Shown here: positions 24,843 to 39,597 of the stretch, one piece after another
Layout of the letters: each line of letters begins with the position of its first letter
Position numbering within the stretch: the first letter of the stretch is position 1
DNA from: Eledone cirrhosa
Lineage: Eukaryota
Assembly (NCBI GenBank): GCA_964016885.1
Contig: OZ024741.1
Location: 108,562,001-108,626,000 of the forward strand
Direction: 5' to 3'
Length of the DNA: 64,000 nt
Translations under genes and position numbers: made by a program
Notes under the pieces: generated by a model
What the model saw: the letters and a program-made list of their open reading frames with translations, nothing else
What the model was told of the DNA's origin: nothing
Database searches by the model: none

Positions 24843-27559
24843 TACATATATATATATATGTGTGGGTGTGTATGTGTGTGTGTGTATACATTCAGCTCTT
24901 TTTAAGAAAGTCAAAAATAGGATATCATTATTAATTCATACATTGCGGTGAAATAGGAGATTACCTGGTTAAAATTATCTCTATTAAGGGCGATTTATCT
25001 CAACCATATCTCTTCAGGAAATATATACAACAAAATAACAATAATTAATGCCATGAGACAGATATCAATTAAATGAGAGGATTCAAAATATAGAAAATTT
25101 AGAAAGGCTCTTATTTTCAAACATTCAATTTATAAATTTATCTGTGCTTTCCTTTCAGGAAAAATTGTGTAATAGCTTGGAAATGGTTACAGTAGTGGTT
25201 GTTAAACATTTTCTTTATAAAGTTAGGGTAGTTTGTTCAGTTATTTGATCATCCAGTTTTTTGCTCCTGGAGATTTGAGGATAGTAAAGTGTATCGAGCT
25301 TATCTCATTGACGTTATAATTATTATCATTATTTTTATTATTGTGTTTTTTGTTGCTATTATTTGAAATAATTTATGATATATTTTCTCTGAAGTTAGCT
25401 AATTAATAACCAGATGGAAGATAGATAAGGTTTTTCTTGGAATTTGAAAGCAGGGTGTAGAGGATCATGTTTAATTATTAAGTTTTATTTTTTGCCCAGT
25501 GTTCTAACTCTTCCGCATTAGTCAAACGTCGTTTCTCCTAAGGATTAATCTGTCCAAATTAGAGTTGCTTATTGGATATGCACCTTTTAAATTGATCAGC
25601 TCACATTTTGAGTGGCTTATTTGTTTGGGCTTTCACTTTTATGAATGACTTATTGTCTCTTGCTTTGGATTTGATTCAGCAGCTCAACGACTTCAGGTCC
25701 AGATATGGTTGAGCCATTTAGTGAGTGAAGATCCATATGTAAATCAACCCGTTTTTTGTCTTGAGATGTGAATTTATTTTAGTCATTTACCGGTTTAACT
25801 TGCATAATTTTTGAGCCACCCAATTTTGATTTGAACAAATATACCAAATAATTTGTCATTCTTATATTCCAAATCTATGTATTTATCGGGAAAATATATG
25901 TGAGTATATCTGTACGTGTGTATGTGTACGCGCGCGCGCGCGTGTGTGTGTATGTGTGCGTGTGAGCGCGTGTGTTGGTGTTTGTATGTCTTTGGTTGTT
26001 TTTCTCTTTAGCTATTCATTTAAATATATTGCTGAACCCGGGAAAATATTTATACACCTGTCATGTGTATAGAATGGCTAAAATGATAATTTTAACTTTC
26101 TTATTGTAACTACTTTATAACGTTGACAATTTCAATTGAATATAGAATTCGTGATTACACCGCCGACTCCAGGATTTGACAGAGACGGTCGCGTTGGAGT
26201 TGTCATTAAAACTTCTCAAAAGACCAGAGTGCAACAGATAAACGTGACTTTGAAACATTCCTTCAATTCCAGTTGAGGTTTTTTCTTAAAGAGTTAAACG
26301 ATCTTACCTCTAGATATAGACTAATGTTCATGACAGTATAGAATCATAATTGGTAGTACATTGCACAAACTCATATAGCTGTATATAGTAACGATATTTT
26401 ATTTTTAGTTCAAATCCTGTTGGAGTCGCTGTTATCATTAATCATTCTCGAATCAATAAAATAAAGAGCAGTTAAGATTTTGTTGTGAATCAAATTAGCC
26501 CTATCAGTAAATATATTTTTCCCTTCATTTCAATTATTATATTGAAGGAGGAAATGAATGACTGAGACGATAGGGACTAAGTTAGAAACCTATATGTTCC
26601 GATTTCAAATCCTACCGATATGTATTTGTCTTTCAATTATTTGAGTCGATGAAATAAATAAAGTTTAATTATTGGGGTCGATATTTTCAACAGTATATAT
26701 TAACTACATAAATGGGATACTGTTTAAGGCATCATTATTTATATTGAATTGAATTTAATTTATAGTTATCCGTCATATACTAGACTCTATTAATTCCAAT
26801 ATGTTTTACCTTACAACGTTCCATCACAGTATCTGTAAACCGTCTATAACAAGAACCAAGGCTATTTCATTTTTTGATTGGTACAATATCACTTCAGTTA
26901 CCCAGCTTACATCCTTGTGAACAATATAGACGTCACACAATATAGACGTCATCTTTCTCCAAGATGCATAGTCTGTGTACCCAGACAAAAGAAACTAATG
27001 TTCTTGATTACATGTGATGGATCTTACTAAACTTCAAAAACCACAGATTCTCACTTTACATTTATTTCCAAGCAGTTCAATGAAGATAGTGACAGGAATT
27101 ATAGGTCAGATGATTAACATCATAATCTTTCTCTACAAATAAATTTCCTTTTATTTTCCGAAGAGAAATCGTGTGGAAAATGAGCGTCTAACGACAAGAA
27201 ATATCCGCGATTCGTTTCCGGTCCGAGCCAATTTGTTGTGTCTGTGGTAAGGACACCTATCTAACTCACAATTGATCCAATTTATCAGTTGTAAATAAAT
27301 ACCGCATTGAGAATATTAATCAAATAAATAGATTGAGAGCAAATGTAAAAACTCCGGTGCTATTTTCATTTGTACATATGCTTATACGAATATATTTCCT
27401 CATATATTATAACGATCGGTATTTTAACGTAAATCTTTATATCTATCTATATATATATACATATATTGTGAGTGTGTATATATATTGTGTGTGTTTATTC
27501 ATGATCTGTGTGATATTGACGGACGTGGGAATGAGTACTCAATAGAGAAGTAGAGGTTA

Positions 27560-28000
27560 ATTGTTTTTTATTATGACAGCGTCATGTCTGATGATCATAT
27601 GAGTGCACAGGTGAAACTCCTGAGAAACAAGACTCATTATTTAGCTATAATAAAGAATATATATATGCAGCAGAGAGAGGTTTGTAACCATATCATAGCA
27701 TGGAGTTGTGAAGAAAGTTACAAGTGTCATAAAGTTTTGAAACATGGAAGCTGTTTCAAAACTTGTTTTCTGTTTCAAGACAGTTTTATAAAAAACATTT
27801 GAAATACCAACATTCGTACAAACAATTGTGACATTCCATAGATATTAAAACACACACGATCCTCACATCAACAAGAAGTGTACACAGAAACAGGGATATC
27901 GACAGGCTTTATCTAAGATAAAAGGAAAATGGGAAGGTATTTCATGAGTACAATCAAATTTTGAGTATCGAATAGCGTCACATATACAGCATTCTGCTAA
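27560..28000 (+). mobile_element. Highly degenerate R4/Dong-like non-LTR fragment
   Basis: HRNRDIDRLYL motif near 27885-27915, like HINSDIDRLYL in the element at 53192-55417. Confidence 0.4.
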
Positions 28001-28847
28001 CAATTCCCAAAACAAGTGCATCAGCTAAGTATCCAAAAGTGAAAAGGGAATTCTGCATGTCTGTAGTGAATCTGTCAAGAAGCAGTTTAATCATAATTAA
28101 CTTAAAAGTGACACTAAAACAATCTACATAATAAACACACTAATAACAATATAGATGAAATGGATATTTCGATAAATAGAGGAAAAACGTGAGGTTGATG
28201 TTAATATTGTTTTCTAACAATTATACCAGCCATTTAACTGGTTCTTTATTTTAACCACCCCAGAAGGATGATAGGCAAAGTTCACCTCTGTGAGATTTGA
28301 GGATGATGTTAATATCGACAGAATGTGTAGTGTCTCTTGAATCTATGAGCGTTATATCAGGTCAGAGTTTGAAGATTATGATTTTACATTTCAAGAGCAG
28401 CAGATTCCTGTAGATCACTGAATGAGGAATGAGCAAAAGAAAGCGAGAAGACCTTAAGCCCTAGTATGCGATCTGTTGTGCAACATTTATCTAGGAAATA
28501 TTAAACCTGAGATCAGTAATGGTCACAAAATGTCATGATTGTACAACATATGTTCATGTCGTTGAAATGATATAAACATTGGGAATAAGTACATAATTAT
28601 CCGTAAATAAATGTAAATTCGTCCCATCGAATGTTACTACACAAAGCCTGACATAGTTGTTCGGGAGAGAAAATTATGTAGATTTATAGAGGTTATAGGC
28701 CTATATTCATGAGAATATCTTTTCAAAATTAGTGTCAAAAAATATTTTTGTGGTGAAGGAAAATCATAATCCAAAGATTCAATACAATGGACCGATAATA
28801 TTATATATATACAATATTTTGATCCGTCCAAATTAATACATTATGAA

Positions 28848-28937
<90 letters not shown>

Positions 28938-29774
28938 AGTTTGGATATATGTAAGTATGAATGTATAGTTATGATTATTTTGTGAAAGGCGGTACAATGC
29001 AATAATAGAAGTTAGAAATACAAGAGTGAAAAACTAGAACAGAATATATTAAAGAGTACAAAACAAAACAACAGTTTTCACGTTTCCTTATGTTTCATGG
29101 TATTTTGAGTTTAGAATATCTTTTACAATGAAGGAAAATGAAGTTCAATGGTTACGATGGGATTTGCACTATGTCAGCGAAGCAAAACTCGTTCACATTT
29201 TCGCTCCCACAAAATTTATTATATAAAGTTTTAACTGTAGATTCTAAACAGACAAGCAAGCACCTATATAATTCTTAGATATAATAGCTACTGAATTTGT
29301 GTGGTCAGTTGTTATTGCTAGAATTCTTTGCTGAAATAATTCTAAAAGACAAAAATAATATAATACAAAGGAAGTTGATTCACATGAAATCTTGTTTGAT
29401 TATTTGCTTTCTATTGTTTTTAAACAATTATATTTCACTACAGTATATCTTAATGTGGCTGTTAACTTCTGTTTATGTTATGTTTGTTGCTCTTGTTATT
29501 CTTCTTCCCATTATGAATGGTGCGGCTACGGCCAGTAATGAAACTACGCAAAAAATAATGAAGTTAAAGGAATAGGACACCGAATCCTAGACTGGCCTAA
29601 CAGCATTTGTTTTGTAATGTTGCCTTATATTCGCCGGATCAGAAGGCACCCCCAATTCAAAATTCAAGTCCTCCAAAATGTACCTCCATCGCTGGTTGTC
29701 GCTCTTCATCTTATCATACTTGAAGTTTTCATGCTTGATGGTCTTACTGTCAATAATCTTACAGTTTATACACA

Positions 29775-29903
<129 letters not shown>

Positions 29904-30321
29904 GTATATAAACATGCATACATGTATGTATATATATATATGTGTGTGTGTGTGTGTGCGTGTGTAGGTATGTTTTTGTGTGTGAGAAAATGCATATGCT
30001 TTTTACATGACGTGGATATTGTTTTGACCTCACACAGATATTTCGTATTCTCCAGTTATTATCACATAACATATTTTCTTCATTAGTCTGTGTGGGAAAA
30101 TGTCAAAATATTAAAAAACAAACATTCCGTCGAATATTCTCGACAGGACTGGCATTGTTAAAAAAGTATTCCCCTTTCTTAAAATGTTATACTCGCTGTA
30201 CCTGTTGCTAAGCTATTTTTATTATTTTTATGATATGTGTTATGATATGAATATTTTATTTCTGCGTATATTTCTTGTGTCTAACGGTGAAAATCCCATA
30301 AATTATCCTACGTCCTTATAT

Positions 30322-30364
<43 letters not shown>

Positions 30365-30813
30365 ATGGGAGACTGCAAATTCAAACAAGTGATTTTATTT
30401 TATTTTTAATTTCTATGCTAATTATTCTCATATTATGGCCAAACATATTAAGTACCCGCTAATTTAATTACAAATATAGGATGCTATCTTAAATGACATT
30501 ATCGGGAATATTCAGTCAATGCAGACTCGTCGTCAAAATTAATTTAGAACATTATATATATATTTTTCTTTAGGTCGTTTTGGAAGCCTCAACAATGCAG
30601 GTGGGTAATTCTCCGGGTAACAAGATCCGATGGTGAAGAGAGAGATGTGAGTGAATGTAGATTGAGATGTATAGTGTGTAGAAGAACGTAGGAAAGAGCG
30701 TAAGAAATAAAAATAATAACACGAGATAGAGTTACCTTGGGAGAGATTTAATTGTCCCTATATAATTCGGATACACATGGTTTTTTTTTCGGAGGGGGGG
30801 TTGTCTGTCGGAA

Positions 30814-30890
30814 AGGTGAGAAACATGTCCTCCGCTGTTCGTTGTCTTGATATTCAAAACAACGAACAGCGGAGGACACGTGTCGCACCT
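30814..30890. repeat. Imperfect inverted repeat (~37-bp arms, 3-nt loop)
   Basis: aggtgagaaacatgtcctccgctgttcgttgtcttga / tcaaaacaacgaacagcggaggacacgtgtcgcacct. Confidence 0.9.
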
Positions 30891-31183
30891 AAAATATATC
30901 TTATTATTCCACAATGCTTCAGGCAAACTTCAATACTCTCATATATATATATATAGAGAGAGAATCGAATAAGAAAGCGAAGTAGTTTCAGATGTTAAAG
31001 TTCTTTAATAATAATGTTGTGATACATATTTCAATGACAACAGTGGCCACACGGTTCGGTGCGCTCAGTGCCGTGACATCATCAGACAAGCTGCCTGGTG
31101 ATGTCTGGTGATATACTCCGTTACTCCTATGTGGAAAATGTACGTTGAGTGCTTGAATTGAATTGCATCAATGTTTACCTTAA

Positions 31184-31235
<52 letters not shown>

Positions 31236-31612
31236 TTAATCCTTAATATATATATATACTTAATCCTTAATATATATATATATATATACAGAATCCTTTC
31301 TGCCTTTGTCACTCTAAATATAAACTATAGCCTTAAAGAATTAGCTTTTAATGAATTCCCTTTTCTTTCAACCAATGACCTCCACCCATCTCACTCCCCA
31401 CCCTCTCCTACCACCTGAAAAGATATAAATACCACAACATTTATTTTTGGAAAGCCAGATTTGGAAAGCCAGATTTTGGAAAGCCTGATGATTTCTAAAG
31501 AATGAAACAGTTCTAGTCCTGTAGAATCTCATCTATATTAAAACATTTATACTCTGCTATGTATTGAGTACCTTACTTACTGTGGTTACCTCCGATTCAA
31601 CCCGCAATATCT

Positions 31613-31700
<88 letters not shown>

Positions 31701-31768
31701 GGTTTGAAGGTTCACCACCGGATAGAGTTGGTCATTCCAGGTCATTCAAGTCCAGCCTCCTGTTATTT

Positions 31769-31807
<39 letters not shown>

Positions 31808-32964
31808 GTTCTAAATTAATTCTGTCTGCTTGTTATCTGTTCTTCCCTTCCTATTCAGCATAAATATTTATACTGTACACATATTCTTCATATTTAAGGG
31901 TATATATTTTGTCATGATTTTCAGTCTTTAGGTTTCCCCTCTATTAAACGTTTTCAACAATGAAAGTATCCTGTAAATTTTACATAAATATAAGTAGAGT
32001 CTGCACATGTTCATTGAACCACAAACTACCATCTTAAAGAGATGCTGTATAATGTAATCCTAGATATAATCTTTATAAACAAGGTGGTGATGGACGCATT
32101 GTCTCAAAGAAACTTAAGCTATGATTACCTGTATCTCTATAGTGTCTCATGTAGAGGCTCTATTGTGAAATGAAAAAAAATCTATAAATACGAAATAGGT
32201 TATATCCCTATCTCAATACTGAGTATTGATTATAGATATAGCAAAATGAAATAACCGAGGTATATTCTGCAAGATAACATGAAAATGGAGCTACGACAGT
32301 ACAAAAACGGACAAAAGATAGAATATAAAACAATTTTTCGCGAGGAAAATATCAACATTTGCTTCAAATATCTAAATGGAAGTTTTCCAGACACTCTTCA
32401 AACAACAAGCTATTAGCAATTTTTTGAAATTAGTGAATTGAAATAAACTATGCTGGAAAGACTTATGATACATTCTTGTGGAGTATAGAGTTGGTTAAAT
32501 TAAAGATTATTTAGGAGCCACGAATAAAATTTGCCGGTCAATATATAATGTGGAAAACGGCAGGTACTGATACGACTCATATTTAACACATGAGCTTGAA
32601 GCACCGTGAAGTTAAACTACACATAAGGATCTCATTTTAGACCTAATAATTATTATATACATCGACAAACATAATGTTTGCTCTATAATACTCGATTTGC
32701 TTCCACAAATCATGAAAAATGATCGCTGTAGTTTCTGTTAGTATTTAAATCTACATGAATATTATACGAGTATGTATAGAACACAAGGTTATCAATGCAA
32801 CATCTTCAAGATTGTGTGTTCGCACTAGTTATATGTTATATTAAACTATTATTTTCCTGCACTCTGTTTATGTACAGTGTCTCTAACTCTGCTGATTCGG
32901 TGAATAGATAACAATGGTGAATATTGTTTACACATATCTCTATGTAGTTCTCTCTTTTTCTCTC

Positions 32965-33024
<60 letters not shown>

Positions 33025-33084
33025 TATATATATATATACATGCATATGTGTGGTTTTATGTATAAACCTATCATCTCTTTTCCC

Positions 33085-33116
<32 letters not shown>

Positions 33117-33992
33117 TTACATATGTATATAATGTGTCTGTATATAGTGAGATGTGCCATTGAACGTATTCGGCCTGTTTCTAAAAGCTTTTAAAAGCCG
33201 AATGTCTCAATGCTAAAAGCTTTCAGTGTGGTTGATGTGTAGAAATGAGAACAGTCTCTCAGAATTTTAAACCAAAAATATTACTCATTGTTCACTGTAA
33301 TTTTTGAAAAATTCAAAAATTTATAAATAACAACGTGCATCTCATTGAACGTAAGATGAAGTAGAGAAATATCTTTACAGCTATGTCTGGCTTTAACAAT
33401 GGTGAGAGAAGAGATGTAACGATGGTAAGCAGGGCAAGCAATGTCAACATAAACACATAACAAACAAATGACAAATAACCAAGCACCATCAGGACAACAA
33501 CAGTATTATGTAGAACAATAATAGGAAGTGTAAAGCCATACTACACCACCACCATTGATACAATTGCCGACACGATATCATCGCACATAGTGCAAACAAA
33601 AATCAGACATAGCTATAATCCTCCAAATCTACTCCTTCAAATAGATAATTACAAAAAGATATGTAAATAACAATTATTAAAAAAATATAATATATATATA
33701 TTAAAAGAAACAATAAAATGGTAGCTGAATTGATAGGAACATCAATCACAACATCACTGAGACTATCACCCAAAACACCAGCTGCGCCAACAACACCACC
33801 ACCAATGTTATATTTATACACGAAAACACCAACAGATGTGCCAACAACAACAGCAATAATGATATTGCAGCGGCGAATGATTCTAAAAAATTTAGGGAAG
33901 AATATAACATAAATATCAATAAAAAACAACACAAATAGCAAACATCGCAGCTAAAGTAGTAACACAAGCAACAGATACCACAATTATAGCTA

Positions 33993-34032
<40 letters not shown>

Positions 34033-34037
<5 letters not shown>

Positions 34038-34144
34038 AGAGAGTATGACCTCGACGGCAGAGCTCAACCCGTTTCGACGGCTATTTCCAGAAAAAGCCGT
34101 CGAAACGGCTTGCGTTCTGCCGTCGGGGTCATACTCTCTCCTAT
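34033..34144. repeat. Inverted repeat/foldback (~52-bp arms) next to a TA array
   Basis: taggagagagtatgacctcgacggcag...ccgtttcgacggct / agccgtcgaaacgg...ctgccgtcggggtcatactctctccta. Confidence 0.9.
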
Positions 34145-34214
34145 TACCCACTCTACTAGTATGAAGTACTCTGGTGCGTTATGGTCCATCTGGTTCCTTA
34201 CCACAACTCCTCCG

Positions 34215-34302
<88 letters not shown>

Positions 34303-34309
34303 GAAAGTA

Positions 34310-35000
34310 GATGAAAATTTACTTGGGTTCCTTTAGAATATTTATCTATATTAACTTAATCAATTTCGTGGGTTTATAACTCAAAATTACTTTAAATGAT
34401 GGGACCATGTACGGTTCAATAACTGTCTAGCCCTTGGCTAGAGTTTGAACATTCGTTCGTTTCTATAGAGAAAATATGGCTCAAATTGCTATCTCTTTAT
34501 CTCTAAAAGATTTAGTTTGTTTGGTTGGGAGTGTTCATGTGATGACTGTTTGGTGAGGTCACGTGAAAGCATAAGTAATAATTGCGCCAAAGATTGAGGT
34601 CATGTTTGTCCAGTGAATGTCTCATGTGGCAGTCTAAATGTCAAGGCTGTTTAAAATTAATGAATATGTCATTTAGCAGAACGAACAACAATTGTATGCA
34701 TGTGTCTATACATGGACGCTATGTGTTTGTCTGCGAATAGTTGCTAGTGAGTCTATTCACTCTTAGTTTGTATTTCTTTATTAATATATTTTATTTATTT
34801 AACCGCGTTTCATCTGTGGTTTTATCTGAATAAAGATAAATTGCGAAGACATGGAATTTGGGGGATTTGTGTAAATGCTCAATAAGTGGAATTTGTCTAG
34901 TACTAGAAGGCCATATTTGTTGATGATGTTTAGTCATTCTGTTTGTGAATGTAAGATTTGTTTGTCCTGTGAAATATTCGTTACATCCTCCACATATATG
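34310..35000 (-). mobile_element. Truncated Neptune-type PLE (GIY-YIG 3' end + UTR)
   Basis: CGGCNEYFTGQTNLTFTNRMTKHHQQI...TRQIPLIEHL is homologous to ORF 12439-12891; bounded by TA arrays. Confidence 0.75.
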
Positions 35001-35005
35001 ATATG

Positions 35006-35072
<67 letters not shown>

Positions 35073-35803
35073 TCTGAGCTCAAATCCCACCGTAGTGATC
35101 GTTCATTTTCGTGTTTTTAGGGTGGATGAAATAAAGTTCCAGTCCCTTGAGCGGCCGAAATGTGGAAATATTATAGTTTGGGAGAGACCGTCTTGCGGTA
35201 TTTATTTCGGTTATTGGCGGTATGAGGTAAAAACAGATTGCGGTCTACACGAATGCTAGACTTATTCTCTTGCTAAGTTTAACACAACCCGATGGCATTT
35301 TGTTACACTTAGTAGAATCCAACATGTTGAAAACATCCTGGAAACGTGTCCTGTATGTGGCTACTATTCTTGATCTTTCATTTACCCCAATCTCACAAGC
35401 CCTTAAATCGTCCAGGTTTATCCCCCTTCCACATTTAATTATATATTGAATAAAAGAAAGAAACAGTGTCACAAATCAGATTTGAGTAAATAAATGTTTA
35501 TTTAACGTTAGAAATATAAAGATTGAAGATACATCTGTTGGGACATGAACGCAGATTTTAAACAGAATGTAAATTAAATACATTAATATGTTTTCTGCGA
35601 CGATCTACCAATTCTGTCAATCAAGACTACACCTTATACATTGTTTGCTACATTTGGATTAATCGATTAGAATGGTTCAATGGCACTTTTCAATCGATTA
35701 GGGATGGATACACATCAATATATATTATTAACGAATGATTACCGGTGCTAATATCATTTATAATTCCACTTCCATTTTCAATATGAATGTTCTTTTTAGA
35801 TTT

Positions 35804-35877
<74 letters not shown>

Positions 35878-36093
35878 CCATATACTATACCGATTGAGTT
35901 GTTATATCTGTTTATCTTTTACATCATTATACATATGTTCGATCATCATACCAAACATATATATATATTGTGTTGTTATATCTGTTTATCTTTTACACAC
36001 ACACACACATACACACATATATATATATACATATGTTCGATACATCATACATATGTTCGATCATCATACCAAAAGTTTAGCATTATTTGCTAA

Positions 36094-36286
36094 GGGCGGT
36101 GAATTGGCAGTATCGGTAGAGAGTTGGACGCCATGCTTTGACGCATAGAGTTACTGCCCTTGCCATTCTGAGTTCAAATCCCGCCGAGGTTAACTTTGCC
36201 TTTCATCCTTACGGGGTCGATAAAATAAAGTACCAGTAATGTACTGGGTAATTGCTGGCCTTGTGCCAAAAGTAGAAACAATTATT
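36094..36286 (+). mobile_element. tRNA-derived SINE with a probable 10-bp TSD (attatttgct at 36082-36091 and 36281-36290)
   Basis: Full A/B-box head and body; flanking direct repeat. Confidence 0.9.
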
Positions 36287-36599
36287 TGCTTAAGCAGACA
36301 GTACTTGATTTAGGCGTTGCAGAAACCCCATACTGGATATTACCAACATTTCCGGGGGTCCGGGTATAATTTTCAGTCATATTTTATTATTTGTATTATT
36401 ATTATGTGTTTGACCCGAAATGGCATGATCGTTTCTATCGCTGTGTGGATAATGGTTTAACCATTGTCTCAGTGTGTTTGGCCTCTTAACTTACGTTGTT
36501 GCTCTAGAACACTAGCTTCTATGGAACGCTTGCCTATGAAGGTGTCTTTCGCTAATTTCCAATAGCCGAAATACGATCCTCGCTAATTTATATTTGTAC

Positions 36600-36646
<47 letters not shown>

Positions 36647-36872
36647 GAAATATGTGTTCCTACGTCTTAAAAATGCATATAGGGATACAAGTATTATCCA
36701 ACCGTATGACAATGTGGTTCTATGGCAGGTTAATAAATTAACGAGCCAGAACATATAAAATCAAGGTTTAGCAAATAGAGAAAAAGTTTTTAAATGAATT
36801 TATGTACCTATAGTAGGTACAGCAAACTTTTTAAAATGTATTTTAAAACGTTTTCTCTATTTGCTAAACTTT

Positions 36873-36912
<40 letters not shown>

Positions 36913-37119
36913 GTGTGTGTGTGTGTGTATTAATATATGAATAAAGAGATAGGGAGAGAGATTACTTTTATACGACTGAATATTTTTCATACGTAAGAAA
37001 TCAGGAATGTCAGGGCTTATATATATGGGAATGGGTAACGTTCCCCTTCCAGACTTTTGAAAGGTGTTTTTGTAGAAAACCAGCAGGTAGTCACACGTCC
37101 CAGTTTCCCCAGTTCACGC

Positions 37120-37299
37120 CATAAATGTCGTCCAAGGGAAATGCAAAGGCCGATAAATCTTTGTACCATTGACGTCGTAACTCATTTCTACACCAGAGTG
37201 AACTGGATCAACGCGAAGTAAAGTGTCTTGCTCAAGGACACAACTCATTCCCATGTGTGATTTTGATTCCAACTCTCCAATCACTAAGCCACACATATT

Positions 37300-37300
<1 letters not shown>
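37120..37300 (-). mobile_element. CORE-like SINE remnant
   Basis: Reverse complement contains gtgtccttgagcaagacactttac. Confidence 0.55.
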
Positions 37301-37365
<65 letters not shown>

Positions 37366-38073
37366 AACAGTATAAGGAAATAACAAAGCAAACGACACAG
37401 TACAATGAAGAAATATATTTGCTGAACGTTTGATATAGTAGGAAAAGTGTCTGAATGTTTTGGACTTAAGTCCTTCAACAGAACATAATATAAAAAGATA
37501 GAGTGTGAGAAGAGGAAGGAACAAAAAAGGTTTTTGAGAAAAAACGCGTGTGTATTCAGTCATTCGTTTTGGAGAAAATGTTTGTGTGTATGTATGTGTG
37601 TGGTAATGTATGAAGGTAAGGCTGTGTATATATGTATGCATATGTGTATATAGAGGTCTATATAATTTGATTTCACTTCCTTCTATTTTAATGCTGATTT
37701 CTATCAAATTCAACTTTGTATTTCACCTTACCTCTCTCGCACTCTTTCTTAGCTATTAATTAGAATCTCTATTACTATACCGTCTGTTTTATTAACTAAT
37801 GTCGTGGTATCTTACAACATTATCTGAACCAGTGAACATGATGTATTTTATGACATGATACGTTGTATACATTGTTTGTAATAATAGTATCTCACAAGAA
37901 TTCCTCTGTATGGAATGTATTGATTAAGGACAGCAGCTAAGTTGGACACTATATATATGATATCCTTTCTTCCTTTGTTCTTCTTCTGATTCTTTACTCT
38001 TACCTTTTTATGCATTGCATGAACACACACCCCGATACACACACGCGCACACAAACACACACACACACACACA

Positions 38074-38121
<48 letters not shown>

Positions 38122-38688
38122 TGTATATATATATTTATAGAGTTTGTGGGGATGAGACTGGGGAGACAACAAATCGTAGGAATAATCAATGCATGGGAAG
38201 ATGCAGAGTGGTTATAGAGAAAGACATATATCCGACCACGTCACCAGTTGGGCTTGTAGCGTTCTCCCCCCCCCCCTCACGTGAAACTAATAATAACATT
38301 TGTACTGGCCCTTCGTTTTTTTATGTTTTTTGTACTCTGCTTACTTTAAAAAAAAAAAATTTATATATAGTTACATTACCGGTATTTCATTGCATTTCAG
38401 TACTTATTCCTCCAAGACAGTTTGATATTCTGGACAGTGCAAAGAAGTGCGGAATGCTTTTCACGTTTCTATAACTTCTGTTTTCATTTAACAATATCAT
38501 GTGTCACAGTTTCTTGACACTGTAGGTTTTTTTTGTATTTTTTTTATTTTTTTTTTATTTTATTTAACGTCGGGTGCGAACCGAGAATTTGATGTACAAC
38601 GGAAGTCAAACAACTTCACATGCGCAGTGTCCAATCTATTAGTCTTTGAATATATATATATATATATGGGAACTGAAAATGGGTCACC

Positions 38689-38824
38689 AATTCGACTTCA
38701 ATTTTACTTCTATTCTGCACGTAATGTCATTGTTGATATCGATGTCTTGTGTTTCAGTAAGACATCGATATCAACAATGACGTTACGTGTAAAGCAGAAT
38801 AGAAGTAAAATTGAAGTTCCAATT
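38689..38824. repeat. Inverted repeat/foldback (~60-bp arms)
   Basis: acttcaattttacttctattctgc..cacgtaatgtcattgttgatatcgatgtctt / aagacatcgatatcaacaatgacgttacgtg..gcagaatagaagtaaaattgaagt. Confidence 0.9.
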
Positions 38825-39486
38825 TGAAAGTCATTTATTGTCTTTCAATAATCCTTTATGTATTGAAATAAAATTTCACATTACACTGTGCGCAATGTAT
38901 GTCAGTAATGTATAGATATAAAAAAAAATTCTGTGAATTCACGAGAGGAAATGCCATTTACTAAAAACAAATACATATCATATACTAATTTTTGTTTAAT
39001 ATGAATACATTGTTTCTCTAAAGCAATATTGATTGTTTATGATCTATAGCTACTTGTTCACATGAAGTATGGAATATTGTGTAAAGGCACCATGATAAAA
39101 ACATGTTTGGCAGTCGCTCTCCTGGAGAATCTATGTAACGATCGAGCAATATATGAAATCATAATCTTCTAAAACGTGTCCCTAGAATTTATTTGATAGA
39201 AAAAAAATTTGAAACAATAAAAAAAAAATCAAACACAATAAAACAATTTTATGCAAATACACAGGTTATGAATCAAATATCAGTATTAAATATTTTTAGA
39301 TGAATCGTAATGTCTTTTGATAGTATCTTCCCCGGTTATGTTTAAATGCGATAGACCTAAACAGCTTAGTTTGTGAAGCATTCGTTGTTTGGTATGTAGC
39401 CATATTGTGATGTTTAGTTTATCATGTAACATATTTTACAACGACAATTATTATAAACGCATATATTTCAGTTGATTTATATCTCT

Positions 39487-39597
<111 letters not shown>

